64,000 bases of DNA from Chrysomallon squamiferum (taxonomy: Eukaryota > Animalia > Mollusca), in contig CM022668.1 in assembly GCA_012295275.1 (NCBI GenBank), forward strand, positions 5,332,001-5,396,000, written 5' to 3'. Shown here piece after piece: positions 40,821 to 57,804 of this stretch (position 1 is the first letter of the stretch; each line of letters opens with the position of its first letter). A model generated the notes under the pieces. That model was given only the letters and a program-made list of their open reading frames with translations, was not told where the DNA came from and searched no databases. Both the position numbers and the translations under genes were made by a program.

Positions 40821-42438
40821 TAATCAGAAGAACTAAATCCATGTCAGACAGAAGAAAAAAGTGGCAGACGGCAGATTCTTCTTATTTAAAAAGTTGGTAA
40901 CTGCCTAATTTTACTGGTTTTATTAATATCTGCATTCCTTCACCTGTTTGAATTTTTATGATTCTAAGACAATGGCCATTGTTTTGTTGTTATTCTTCTT
41001 CTTTTTTGTTTAAATCTGTCTTTTTGATCTTGTTATACATTTTATGTGCAATATTTTCTTTATACATTTGGTTGTGTTTGACACACAATGGAAACTGCAT
41101 TTAATGACTCTTGCTATCTTTACTGAAAATGATGTTAGAAATGTGTCAACTCTAAAGTGAATAAACTATATAGACTGCTTTGAGAGTTGGTTTATTTAAT
41201 GAGTTTTAATTCACAAATTAGTACATGAAGGAAACAATCAAATTCAAATAGATCTGCTAAGAATAAATTGAAAATATTATTATGACTATAAAAATATTTA
41301 AATATTTAAATTCAAGAGGTAGTTTCTCTAAAGCACTATTAATTCAAACATTTGAGCAAGAATGCTAATATGAAGTAAAAAAAATAATTCAAATTGATCT
41401 GTTAAAAAGTGTTGGGTTTGAAAGTCGTTTATTACTATACAAATGAGAAAATATTTAAATTCAAGAACTACTTTATCAAAATATTTTTAATTCAAACATT
41501 CGAACATCAATACTAATATGAATGAACAAAAATAATTCAAATACAGCCACTTGTGAAAGCTTGGTTTCCAAAATATTCTAGTGTAGCATAAAATGTCTAA
41601 AATAATCTATAACTTTGAAAATTGTTTGTTATCTTAAAATAGTGTAAAAATAATAATAATTTAATAAATAAATGCTGGATTTATGTAATAAACAAAATAA
41701 TAATACAAACGAAGTATTTTAAATTGTGGCATTGTGATAACAAAATTAACTTCAGCACATCAAAATCATCAGTTATATATCTAAAAGTGCTCGGTTTGAA
41801 ACTAGACACTCACAAGAAAATGTGTCTAACTGGTTTAAATTAGTTCGAATGCAAATTAATGGACTGATTTAAATAAAAAATCATTTAAAACAAAATGTAA
41901 AGAAAATCAAAGTGAACTCCTTAATGCTTGTTGCATATTAATTTATGTTAGTGTGAATGCAAATAAAATAAGCTGATTTAAATAAATCATTGTTAAAAGA
42001 AACTGCATCACGAAATTCAAAATGAATGCATAAATGTTTATTAAAATGTTTATTAAAATGTTTTAGCTTTGTGGGTTGATTGATGTAATAGAAAGAGCAA
42101 CACAAAAACAAACAGAAGTAATAAATAAAAGCAAATTAATAATTGCAATAGTACATGTGTGCATTTTGTTGGTACGTGATAAATTTAGCAGGGATAATGG
42201 TAATGACACTGAAATAGTTTAAACTTTTCACTCTGAATTCTAGAATATTTGCCAAATGTTTTGTGTTTTCAGAGTGATGATCCACTTCAAACTAACACAT
42301 TACTTTCTCGTATATTGTAATTAAAAATTTTTAAAAAGCAGATGGAATTTTAACATAAATAAAAATCTCTCTCACACGCACTCATACACACACAGACACA
42401 AACAAACACACATAGGCATGCACATACAAACACACTTT

Positions 42439-43715
42439 ACATGGTTTCCAGATCTGCTGCTAGTTGTGTCATTTAGCAGTTCCTCATGACCTTGGACAAA
42501 TCTGTTACTATTTTTTTGGTATCATCAGTGCTATTTTTCATCTTTTGAAGCCATTGTTTGATCATGTCATGATTTCTATTTTGATCTGGTTTGCAATACT
42601 TATTTAAAATATTTTGCTTTTCGTTAGGCATATTCAACTGGGTTCCAAGGGCAAAGAACTGTGAGGTTGATAAATGCAGAGCGATATCACGGGTTTGTCC
42701 ATCAAATATAGATGAAAAAAGAGTTAATATAAAATAAATATGAAAAAGGAATGCAACAATAACAAATAATTATGAAATTTAATAAATAAACAAATATAAT
42801 AATATATAATGATGATGATTCTATTGATAATCAATGAATGAATAACGAACAAAATGTAATAAATAAACAGACAAATAAAAAAATAACTGAGTTTTGTAAG
42901 TAGAATATCCTGTGTAAGTAAAAACATTGTTAGTATGTCAAAAAGTATAACAGTATTAATTATTTAATTCAGAAACAAAACCTGGGAAACCTACTTAAAT
43001 ACAGACCTACAAATTAAACACAGTAAATAGAAGAAAAAAATCATTTTGTAAGCATATTTAATTATTAATGATGTTATCAGTTTATTGGTGATAAATATAT
43101 ATGCTAATAATATAGTATTTGAATAAAATTAGACAGTAATTATCGATCCTGACATCTTCCATTTTATTGTGGAATTATTAAGTTTATACGGAAATGTTGA
43201 AATTCTCAATGGAAGAATTAACAATTAACCAAAAAGTTGAAATCATTGATAGAACTAATAAGATATGTTAAAATACAGAAATCCTTGATTCAAAGAATAA
43301 ATTACTGAAACGATGATGTAATCTGATCATTTACAGGAATATTTCTACATTAATTTATTTTCAAAATAAAGTTACAATACAAATTAAGTTATTAGGTTTA
43401 TGGCTGTTACTAAGGTTTCTGGCTGTTACTTTTTTTACCTGGTTTGAAAGTAGGACTTTGTGTAGGCTGCTGATATTTTCCTTGCATCTTTTGTATTGGA
43501 AGGCGTACTGGTTGTTCAGGTTTATTTCCACTCTTCATCAATGCTGACTGATCTGCTGTAGACATTGTACTAACACCCTTAGACTGCTTGTTCGCTATTT
43601 GTATGTCATGATCGTCAAGCAATACACCATTCTTCTTGTCCTCTTGATCTGTACCCAAATTGTCAGCCATTTTCATATGCTTATTTTTCGCTGAGTCAGT
43701 AGCCTCGTTTACCAT
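42439..43715 (-). pseudogene. Mirror copy of the chimeric mini-gene in the left palindrome arm
   Basis: ORF 43410-43715 (exon end 43439) and DD exon ~42711-42439, whose 3' end is interrupted by an insertion at ~42309-42438. Confidence 0.7.
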
Positions 43716-44093
43716 CTCCTTTTAACAACCAAGTCTCGAAAAGGAGTGACTGGAACGTGAAAATAAGACACCCTTTCTCGTCAAAAATGAAGTAAATATA
43801 TCTGATATATCTGGATATAGAAAGATTAGAAATTGTGATTGAAAATATAGTAAACAGTATAAATTAGATTTTTCTCAAACGAGGCTACTGACTCAGCGAA
43901 GAATATGTCTGATGCAGACTGATACATAACAAACACCATATTTCTAAAATATATTGAAATTTGAATTTTGCTACACTTCAAACACGTATGCTTTTTTTAT
44001 AACAGTGAGCATGTTTCATACCTTAGAAATTTAAACTTTTATTGAAACTGCGAACTATTTGTTTATTATCAGTCGTCACGAGTGAATAAGCAT

Positions 44094-45350
44094 ATGAAAA
44101 TGGCTGACAATTTGGGTACAGATCAAGAGGACAAGAAGAATGGTGTATTGCTTGACGATCATGACATACAAATAGCGAACAAGCAGTCTAAGGGTGTTAG
44201 TACAATGTCTACAGCAGATCAGTCAGCATTGATGAAGAGTGGAAATAAACCTGAACAACCAGTACGCCTTCCAATACAAAAGATGCAAGGAAAATATCAG
44301 CAGCCTACACAAAGTCCTACTTTCAAACCAGGTAAAAAAAGTAACAGCCAGAAACCTTAGTAACAGCCATAAACCTAATAACTTAATTTGTATTCTAACT
44401 TTATTTTGAAAATAAATTAATGTAGAAATATTCCTGTAAATGATCAGATTACATCATCGTTTCAGTAATTAATTCTTTGGAATCAAGGATTTCTGTATTT
44501 TAGCATATCTTATTAGTTCTGTCAATGATTTCAACTTTTTGGTTAATTGTTAATTCTTCCATTGAGAATTTCAACATTTCCGTATAAACTTAATAATTCC
44601 ACAATAAAATGGAAGATGTCAGGATCGATAATTACTGTCTAATTTTATTCAAATACTATATTATTAGCATATATATTTATCACCAATAAACTGATAACGT
44701 CATTAATAATTAAATATGCTTACAAAATGATTTTTTTCTTCTATTTACTGTGTTTAATTTGTAGGTCTGTATTTAAGTAGGTTTCCCAGGTTTTGTTTCT
44801 GAATTAAATAATTAATACTGTTATACTTTTTGACATACTAACAATGTTTTTACTTACACAGGATATTCTACTTACAAAACTCAGTTATTTTTTTATTTGT
44901 CTGTTTATTTATTACATTTTGTTCGTTATTCATTCATTGATTATCAATAGAATCATCATCATTATATATTATTATATTTGTTTATTTATTAAATTTCATA
45001 ATTATTTGTTATTGTTGCATTCCTTTTTCATATTTATTTTATATTAACTCTTTTTTCATCTATATTTGATGGACAAACCCGTGATATCGCTCTGCATTTA
45101 TCAACCTCACAGTTCTTTGCCCTTGGAACCCAGTTGAATATGCCTAACGAAAAGCAAAATATTTTAAATAAGTATTGCAAACCAGATCAAAATAGAAATC
45201 ATGACATGATCAAACAATGGCTTCAAAAGATGAAAAATAGCACTGATGATACCAAAAAAATAGTAACAGATTTGTCCAAGGTCATGAGGAACTGCTAAAT
45301 GACACAACTAGCAGCAGATCTGGAAACCATGTTTAAAATACAGCCAGAAA
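44094..45350 (+). pseudogene. Chimeric DED-less mini-gene: novel N-terminus, caspase exon-2 tail, DD exon
   Basis: MKMADNLGTDQEDKK... joins at ~44178 to sequence matching copy A ~4010-4186; donor GT 44332; DD exon 45060-45350 has acceptor AG>AT and a TAA at ~45296. Confidence 0.7.
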
Positions 45351-46832
45351 GTAATGTGTTAGTTTGAAGTGGATCATCACTCTGAAAACACAAAACATTT
45401 GGCAAATATTCTAGAATTCAGAGTGAAAAGTTTAAACTATTTCAGTGTCATTACCGTTATCCCTGCTAAATTTATCACGTACCAACAAAATGCACACATG
45501 TACTATTGCAATTATTAATTTGCTTTTATTTATTACTTCTGTTTGTTTTTGTGTTGCTCTTTCTATTACATCAATCAACCCACAAAGCTAAAACATTTTA
45601 ATAAACATTTATGCATTCATTTTGAATTTCGTGATGCAGTTTCTTTTAACAATGATTTATTTAAATCAGCTTATTTTATTTGCATTCACACTAACATAAA
45701 TTAATATGCAACAAGCATTAAGGAGTTCACTTTGATTTTCTTTACATTTTGTTTTAAATGATTTTTTATTTAAATCAGTCCATTAATTTGCATTCGAACT
45801 AACTTAAACCAGTTAGACATATTTTCTTGTGAGTGTCTAGTTTCAAACCGAACACTTTTAGATATATAACTGATGATTTTGATGTGCTGAAGTTAATTTT
45901 GTTATCACAATGCCACAATTTAAAATACTTCGTTTGTATTATTATTTTGTTTATTACATAAATCCAGCATTTATTTATTAAATTATTATTATTTTTACAC
46001 TATTTTAAGATAACAAGCAATTTTCCAAGTTATAGATTATTTTAGACATTTTATGCTACACTAGAATATTTTGGAAACCAAGCTTTCACAAGTGGCTGTA
46101 TTTGAATTATTTTTGTTCATTCATATTAGTATTGATGTTCGAATGTTTGAATTAAAAATATTTTGATAAAGTAGTTCTTGAATTTAAATATTTTCTCATT
46201 TGTATAGTAATAAACGACTTTCAAACCCAACACTTTTTAACAGATCAATTTGAATTATTTTTTTTACTTCATATTAGCATTCTTGCTCAAATGTTTGAAT
46301 TAATAGTGCTTTAGAGAAACTACCTCTTGAATTTAAATATTTAAATATTTTTATAGTCATAATAATATTTTCAATTTATTCTTAGCAGATCTATTTGAAT
46401 TTGATTGTTTCCTTCATGTACTAATTTGTGAATTAAAACTCTTTTAAATAAACCAACTCTCAAAGCAGTCTATATAGTTTATTCACTTTAGAGTTGACAC
46501 ATTTCTAACATCATTTTCAGTAAAGATAGCAAGAGTCATTAAATGCAGTTTCCATTGTGTGTCAAACACAACTTTTTTTTTCAAATCTTATAAAGAAAAT
46601 ATTGCACATAAAATGTATAACAAGATCAAAAAGACAGATTTAAACAAAAAAGAAGAAGAATAACAACAAAACAATGGCCATTGTCTTAGAATCATAAAAA
46701 TTCAAACAGGTGAAGGAATGCAGATATTAATAAAACCAGTAAAATTAGGCAGTTACCAACTTTTTAAATAAGAAGAATCTGCCGTCTGCCACTTTTTTCT
46801 TCTGTCTGACATGGATTTAGTTCTTCTGATTA

Positions 46833-46890
<58 letters not shown>

Positions 46891-46982
46891 ACAGTCACAC
46901 ACAGATACACACACATACACATACCTTCATATACAGTTTTGTGTGGTTATTTTCTTAACTGCAAGTTTAACATGTATGTAAG

Positions 46983-47088
<106 letters not shown>

Positions 47089-47863
47089 GATAGATAGATA
47101 GATAGATAGAGAGATAGATAGATAGATATAGATAGATATAGATATAGATATAATCATAAAAGTAAATAATAAAATGTAACATTGGAATGAATTGTACCCA
47201 ACTCTTGTAATTCTCCTGAAGAAAATGAATAACATTTTGAAAATGTTTTTCCATAACTTGAGAAAGGGATATGTATAACTGAAGTACTGGACTATGTGAA
47301 CTGTAAATTTTAAGTATATATATGTTAATACTATGCTTAATTTTAAATAATTCTCAATGGCATCTGTTGTTGTTGTTGTTGTTGTTATTATTATTATTAT
47401 TATTATTATTAAAATCAAGGTATTTATGTTGATTGCAAAAATAAATATTTTAGACACAAAATGTTCAAACTATTATATATGATTAAAAATAAAATAAAAT
47501 TTGAAAAATGAAATGTGAAAATAAAATTGATAAGTTCTAACAACCACAACAGCAAAATGTTCTCTTTTCATATATTTCAAGTACAAACTGAGTATTTTAC
47601 TTTTCCTAATTAAAAAAATTTCTAACGATAACAGCAAATTACAGTAATAGTACAACTTAAATAAATAAATAAAGTAGTGGTAGCTGAGGAAGAAGCAGTA
47701 AAATAGTAGTACAAGTTGTAGCAGCAGGAGCAGTAGTAGTAATCGTAATAATAGCAGTCGTAGAATAAACAGATGAAGCTGTATTAACTACAGTAGTAGT
47801 AAAAAGCTGCAGGAACATCTACAGCTGAAGTAGTAGCAGAAGTAAATAAAAAAATATATTTAC

Positions 47864-49780
<1,917 letters not shown>

Positions 49781-51530
49781 TAGTTTCCTAAAATAAAAAT
49801 AAAATAAATTAAAAATACACTTGAGAAAAAATATATGACACAAACTAATTTTGTATTTTCACTTTTTTTTCGTTTATTTTTTCAAGATGCACAATATCTA
49901 TTAGTAACAGAGTACACCCGTAACATAATATTCTTATAAAAATTCAATTCATCGTTGTGTAACTCTGTTTTATGTGCATATCTCACAGGACAATCTTACC
50001 TTGAGTTTCTCATATTCCAAAATGACTCCTACGTCTTATTTATCGCTTAAAAAAAAAAAAAAAAAAAAAAGGAAAAAAAAAAACATAGTACTTTATTCAG
50101 GTATTTCAGAATTAACATTTATTTTATCATTAGCGATTAATATTAAAATTATTACCTGCATATATCGTTTTGTAAATATCTTCGTAGCAACATTAATGGC
50201 GGAACAAGACGCTGTGAAATGTTCTCTTTGTTGTCAAAGGAAAGATGAAAAAGCAAACAAAAATATCTGAGGTATTAAAATGTATTTAAACTTGTTCCTC
50301 GGAGGTCGTTGTTCGATAAAAATGTGTTTTTCTCCAAAATGCGGAAAACTATTAAAGAAACTGGAGAGAGATGTTCATAAAAACACGTAAACAGTTTTAG
50401 AAAGATTTTCCTGAACTGTCAAACGAGGTTTAAAAGCTGATTTGGTTTTATATGTTTTGTTCTTCTTCTTCTTCTTCTTCTTTAAAGAAAATATTGAAAT
50501 TTGAACTGGGTTTTTTTCTTCAGTACATTTATTTGTTCTATGAGGAGGTTAAACATTAGACGATGATGATGATGATGATGTTAATAATAACGATAATTAT
50601 AACTATAATGATATGATGATAATGATGATGATTATACACGCTTTTCTTTATTTCTGTAAGTCATGCATATACACACGGACAGACATACAGATAAGTAGCG
50701 AGAAAAACAGATAGGAAGAGAAAGGTATGTTAGTAGTAGTAAATATAGTATAGTAGTAGTATTAGTAGTACTAGTATTGGTAGTAGTAGCAGTAATAGTA
50801 ATTACAGTAGCAGAAGTAATTATAGAAGTAGAAACAGTAACAATATAAGTAATTATCTAATGTTAAAAGTCTAGATTAGCAGCAGTAATATTATTATAGT
50901 AGTATTATTATTAGTAGTGGTAGTGGCTGTAGTAACAGTATGTAGTTGTACTGGTAATAACAATAGCAGTAACAGTGGTAATGTTAGTCGTCATCGTCGT
51001 TTTGATAGATATTAATAGGGGTAGTGGTACCAGCAGCTGTATAAGTATTGCGTCGTATTATTATTATTATTATTTAATGAGCGGTTGATATTGATTAATT
51101 TATAGATTATATCATTATATATATATATGTATCAGTATATCTATCTGTCTATCTATCTACCTATCTATCTATCGCTAAAATCTTTGTTTCATTTGATTTC
51201 ATTTGATTTATTTATTTTAGCTATTCCAGTCATGTATAATTAATTGCATTTAAACTTCGGATTAAATGTAATTTCAGGACATTTAGATTGGAGTTATTTC
51301 CCATTCGTTTTATTCTCAGTAGTTAAAAAGATTGGCTTTAGATACTTACAAATAAATAAACAAACAAACAAACAAACAAACAAACAAATAAATAAATAAA
51401 TAGTGAATTATACATATAAAAATAATAAATATTAAAAAATATATAAATAAAATAACAGCTTCGGAGGGAGTTTGTGTTATACAAGATTTACTTTCTTTCG
51501 TACCTCTTGTTTGAAGAATCGGAAAGTTTC

Positions 51531-51607
<77 letters not shown>

Positions 51608-51719
51608 CAACAACAACAAGAAGCAAGAAAACAAATATATAAAGGAATTAAATTAAAAAAATTAAAGAAACAGTTGCTCTGAAGTAAGTTGTTGATTTTA
51701 TTATTTATTTATTTATTAT

Positions 51720-51804
<85 letters not shown>

Positions 51805-52020
51805 ATAAATTACCAACTATAATTATTAGTAGTAATGTATGTATATCAGGTACAACAAAAATGTTGTTGTTTTCGTAACCTTTGTTGAACTTTTTATATT
51901 TTGTTAATGATCTGTATTCAAGCTAACAGTACAATCACGAGTTACGCGTCATCAATTACTTTCTTTACGCTACGGTGCTGTTGGAATGTTGAAACCGATT
52001 TGACCTCCGACTTAAGAAGG

Positions 52021-52120
52021 GGGAATACCCGTGTGTGACTCCGGCCTTGAGAAAGGGAAATACCCTTGTGGGACTTCCAGTGTCATGCAATGGACTGTCC
52101 TGATGAAAATTATAAATATA
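52021..52120 (+). promoter_or_regulatory. Distal putative promoter module with clustered kB-like sites
   Basis: GGGAATACCC 52021-52030, GGGAAATACCC 52055-52065, GGGACTTCC 52070-52078, TATAAATATA ~52111-52120, donor-like ag|gtaaac at 52170/52171; paralogous to the 54415-54455 module. Confidence 0.5.
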
Positions 52121-53296
52121 ATCGATTCAAAGACAGAATATTTATGCTTGCTATGGCTGTGGACTGGTAGGTAAACGCTTGATAGTCTAATACAATCAGT
52201 TATTGTAAGAGCTTCAGGTTGTTTTGATTTTAATGAGTTAGTCAGTGAACAGAAGTATCGTAAGACGAAACGAAATCGTTTAATAGTTCAACATAAAAGT
52301 TTAATTGTTTTAGAAGCCAGTAAGATACAACAATAATTTTCACTTTTGATTATTCATAAATAACATACATACTTGACTTATAGTAGTAGATACTTTTCAA
52401 ACAAATATTTTAAAATAAAATGTATAACTCGATACTGTTTTAACAAGTAACTTACCACATCAGGAAACAATATTTGATTTTTTGTTGTAACAACAACAAC
52501 AAATAGACGAGTATTTGATGAACAAAATTTAATTTAGTCAGAAAACTACCAATATTTGGTATATAGTTGGACATAAATTATAAGGAAAATTAATGACTGC
52601 TGTCTATTTAATTCTTTCTTATGATGATATTGTCAAATATTTTCCCCAGTCACTGTCTGATAAACAAAACTATACTAAATGCTAAAGCTGTGAAAACATA
52701 TAATATAGATTTTTCTGATCACCCAATTAATTAATTTTGCTGAAACACTTGTATGCCCACAGTGAAAGGAAATATAAACATCAGTTGTTCACATGTGTGC
52801 CTTAATTTAAACTGTGTCTTAAAATCTGTTATTTTCTGTAGTTGTTAATTCAGAATATAGCTGTTGTTTTCTAAGCAATTAAAACATACTAAAGTCAGTT
52901 CATTGTGATCCTACAGCAGATATTATCTTCTGTATTAACACCTGCAATATGCAGCAGCATTCATTTAAATAATAACAAATATTGAAATTTTAACAATACA
53001 GTAAGTTTATACTTTTTATTATACATATATTTTTACAATGAAATAAGTTTTTGGATTTCATTTAAAAGATATAAACATCAGGACAGCAAAAAGAATTGTT
53101 ATTTTTTAGCGAAATTAATCAGTACCAACTGTTTACACTTGTAGATAATACACATTTACAAGAAAATAATATAAATATATTTTTTATATCTAAAAATAAA
53201 TAAATTCTTATTTTTATTATATATGATAATTCAAAGGATTTTAGACTATCATAAAGTATGACAAAAAAATTAAAATCTCTTAATGATGCATAATGG

Positions 53297-53344
<48 letters not shown>

Positions 53345-53841
53345 TGTAATGATACTACTAATAATAAGAACAACGACAATGATAATAATAACTGGAGTAT
53401 ACAAAACGTGACGGTAACATTTATTAGGATATTTTAAAGAAACACTATAAAGATGTATTTTTATCTCTAATATATTTTTCTCTTTCGCTGTTTAATGACA
53501 GTAATTTTAGAATCTTGGAAGTATGTAATGGATTCAAATTTTGTGCTTTTGAATATAACTGAAAAGCTGTATATATATATAAACAAAAAGCTAAAATCTT
53601 CGTTTTATTTAAATTAATTTATTTTATTTTGCATATTGCAGTCATGTATAATTAATTGGATTTAAAGTTTAGGAAATGTTAGACTGCAGTTTTTCCCTTT
53701 CGTTTTGTTCTCGATAGTCGTTCAAAAGCTTAGCTTTAGTCTAGATAATTACAAAATAAATTTAAAAAAGGAAAGAAAAAATAATAACAATGGCTCTGTA
53801 ATAAGTTGCTTAGTTTATTATTTATTTATTATAACATATTT

Positions 53842-53876
<35 letters not shown>

Positions 53877-54414
53877 GAAGTAAGTGAAACAAAATTGTGT
53901 AGATTTTATTTATTATTTTGCTTGAGAATCAGACGACTCCATTACACTTTCTGAACACTGGAATGTACTCAATACATAAATTTACAACAAAAATTATTAG
54001 TAGTAATGTATGTGAATCAGATACGACAAAAATGTTTTTGTTTTCGGAACATTCGTTGAACGTTTCAGTCGATGCACACCTAATATAATCTAGTTGTTGG
54101 AAAATTACTTTATTTAGAATTTATATATATATATCAATTAGGGATCTTTATTCAGTAAAAATAACCAATTTTAAGCTAATAGTACAATCACGAGTGTATG
54201 ACCCATGAACTGTGCATGTGTTCTTCAGATAAAACGCTTTACGGTTATGTTCGGTTGTTGCAAACCGGTTTTTATTTGTTATAGTTCGAAACGTACAGTT
54301 TCAACAATTGTGTCAATTTCTTTGTTTTCTCATTTTAGCAATCGGTTTTAGTTCCCAAATATCTTAACATTATAAGCTGGATATATGCCAAAAACGAACA
54401 TGGCCTTAATCAAG

Positions 54415-54455
54415 GGGAAATCCCTTGTTGGAAAGTACGGAAGAAAATTATAAAT
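54415..54455 (+). promoter_or_regulatory. Proximal putative promoter of copy D: NF-kB-type site plus TATA-like box
   Basis: GGGAAATCCC 54415-54424, TATAAAT 54449-54455; conserved with 2593-2633. Confidence 0.55.
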
Positions 54456-55259
54456 ATAATTCCACTGAACGATAGAATATTTAATCTTGTACTGGCTGTG
54501 AACTGTCATGTAAAAGACTTGTGCAGTTTTCCAGCATCAGTTATTGTTTTAAAACAAGGTATTAATGCTATTTACATTGTAACTGTGACGTTGTTTTGAT
54601 TTTAATGAGTGAGCCACAGAACAGAAATGTGAAACGAAATCAAACCGGTATTTGAGTCGTTTTTAATATTTCAAATTAAAAGTTAAACTATTTCAGCAGT
54701 CAGTGAGATTGAACTAGTTTTCTCTTAATGATTATTCATTAATAGATACTTTTCAATATAATACATATTTTTAAATATAATTAGTTACTCATTACTGTTG
54801 CTTTTGACAGATCCTATTAACAAGTACCTTACCACATCTGCAAAGAATATTTGATTATTTGTGGTAATACCAACAACAACAAAATAAAGTAATACTTAAT
54901 AAACAAAAATTAATTTAGTCAGTAAATTACCAAGGTTTGGTGTTTCGGTGGATATAAATTATTATGAAAATTAGTGACTTCTGTGTATTTAGTTAATATG
55001 TTGATATTGTCAAATATTTTCCACAGTCACTGTCTGGGAAAAAAAATATACTAAATGCTAACGCTGTGAAAACATATAATATAGATTTTACTGATCACCC
55101 ATTTATTTAATTTTGCAGAAACACCTTTACGCCACAGTGTGTCAGTGAAAGTAAATATAAAAATCAGTTGTTCACTGGTGTGACTTAATTTAAAGTGTGT
55201 CTGTATCCTTTTTTCCAGATAAGAACTACATACCCTGTGTCTAATAAATAAGAAACAAA

Positions 55260-56040
55260 ATGTCTAACGCTTTCCGAATGGATGCAGAGGACGAGGGAGG
55301 TGTTGATTTCAGATGTGTACTACTTGAAGTTGATGGTGACCTGCACAAGGAGGACATTGATTCACTGAAATTCTTGTGTCGCGAGTTTGCTCCATTGAGT
55401 CGACTGGAACATATAAAGAACGGAACTGAACTGTTCAGCCTTCTTGAGAAAACAGGCAAACTGAAAGAAACAAATAAGTGGGTTTTGGCTGAGATGTTAA
55501 AACGTATTATGAGGTTAGATCTGGTGGAAACATTGCAGGTTGATGAGAAAGAACTGGATACATATCTATCCATACATGGATCAAATTTTTCACCATACAG
55601 AAATCTACTTCTTGATCTTTCTGATGAAATCGGTGAAGAGGACTTGCATAAGTTGTTGTTTTTTTCTGGAGACATTCCTAGAGCGAAGCAACAAAAGATT
55701 CACAGTGTGCTGGATTTTTTTCTCATTCTTGAACAGATGAAAAAGATTAGTCCTGAAAATGTTGACATTTTGGAAGGTTCTCTTAAGCAGATAGGAAGAT
55801 TAGATTTAGTAGAAAATATAAAGAACTTCAAACAGAAGATGAATGTAAATATAACCTCTACAGTGGATCAGTCAGCTGTGATTACATTTGGAAGGACCAG
55901 TACACCTGAAGAACAAGTACAACATCCAAAACAAAAGATACAAGTAGTCTATCCCAGTGAGCCAACAAAGCCTGGTAGGACAACAGCGAGGGTTGTACCA
56001 GAGAATCCTCAACCAACACAAAGTCCTCCTTCAGAACCAG
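55260..56040 (+). CDS. Copy D tandem death-effector-domain exon
   Basis: Two repeats with LKFLC/LLFFS and RxDL motifs (IMRLDL, IGRLDL), then a P/T/Q-rich linker; donor GT 56041. Confidence 0.9.
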
Positions 56041-57769
56041 GTAAAAAACCCAAAACAACCCCAAAACCTTCTTAAATGACCCAAGAATCATGTATTGTAA
56101 ATTTTTATTTTCACAAAAAATAAAAAAAATAAAAAAAATAAAAGCAGTGTAATAATATTCCTGTAAAGGATCAGATTACATCGGTGTTTCTATCATTTAT
56201 TCTCAAGGATTTCCATATTTTAACTTATCTTATTAGTTCTATCAATTGTTTCAACTTTTCTGTTATTTATTATGCCTTCAACAATTTCATCATTACTAAT
56301 AAACAAAATAATACCACAATAAAATGGAAAATGTCAACATCTATAATTAATCAGTGTAATTACTTTTATTCAAATACTTTATTATTAGCAAACATTTATC
56401 ACCAGTAAACTAATAAAATCAATAATATATAAATATATATTTATAGTTTTTGTTTGCATTTCAAAATATTCACTTTAAATTGAAATGCTTACTTTTACTT
56501 CCTTTTATTAATTAAGTTTCTTATTTTTATTTTTTCTTCAGTATCATGTGTGAAATTTGTAGATCTGTATTTAAGTAGTGATTCCCTGGTTTCTTTTCTG
56601 AATTAAACAATTAATCCTTTTGACATGTATACCAACAATGTTTTCATTTACATAGAACATTCTACTTACAAAGATCAGGGACTGTCTTTAGTTATCTCTT
56701 TCTTTTTTTTTTCTTTCTTTTATTAATTATTTGTCTATTTATCGATTACATTTTGTTCATTATTCATTCATTGATTCATTCATCATGATTATAATTATTA
56801 TCATTCGATTCATTGTCATCATTGTATTATTATTATTTTTATCATCATTTTATGTTTGTTAAATTTCTTAATTATTCATTATTGTTTGATTCATTTCTCA
56901 TATATATGTTGTTGTTTTTTTTTCAGCTATACCAGATACACTAATCCGTGATATTGCTCTGCATATATCAAACACACAGTTCTTTGCCCTTGGAACCCAG
57001 TTGAATATTCCTGACTTAACACTACAACATTTGAGTCAGTATCACCATTCACCTCTCGACAGAAATACTAACATGATCAAACTGTGGCTCCAAACGATAA
57101 ATAGCACTCATGATAGAAAAAAGATAATAACAGATTTGTCCAAGGCCATGAGGAACTGTGAAATGACACAAATAGCAGCAATGTTGGAAAACATTTTGGA
57201 AGGTAATGTTTTAGTTTGAAGTAAAACCAGCACACTGAAAACAGGGAATGTTTGTCAAATATTCTAGAGTTCAGAGAGTGAAAAGTTTAAGCTATTTCAG
57301 TGTCATTACCATTATTCCTCAAGAGTTTATCACAAAATTTCATTGACCTATGACTAAATGTTTTTTTTTTTATGATTTTACATCTCCTGTACATTTTATG
57401 TTTATATATCATTGTGTGTGTCTGTGTATATATGTGTGTGATTTTTACTGATTTCTAAAGTTTTATCTTCTGTTTATTTTTAATGAAAATCTTTGGTTTC
57501 AGATCATGACGTCAACACAAGAGAGCAAAGGACACATGAAGCTGACATAATAGGTAATTTTCCATTTTATAAATTATTCGTACCTTTGGGATATTTTTTT
57601 CTAATAATGAAGATATTTGTGACTTTGTTACTTTTTAAACAATGTTTTCACTTACAAGGAATATTCTAATTCCAAAAATCAGCAATTTTCTTTATTTTTC
57701 TTTTTTCTGTTTGTCTATTTATTTATTACATTTTGTTCTTTACTCATTCATTCATCATCATCATCATCA

Positions 57770-57804
<35 letters not shown>

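Noticed and set aside
50730-51060. AGT/AGC-rich tract (also 47674-47845) as a coding or structured element
   Set aside because: Degenerate trinucleotide low-complexity sequence with no splice-bounded ORF.
55241-55675. Antisense ORFs over the DED exons (also 3420-3638)
   Set aside because: Shadows of the sense-strand coding frame with no independent motif.
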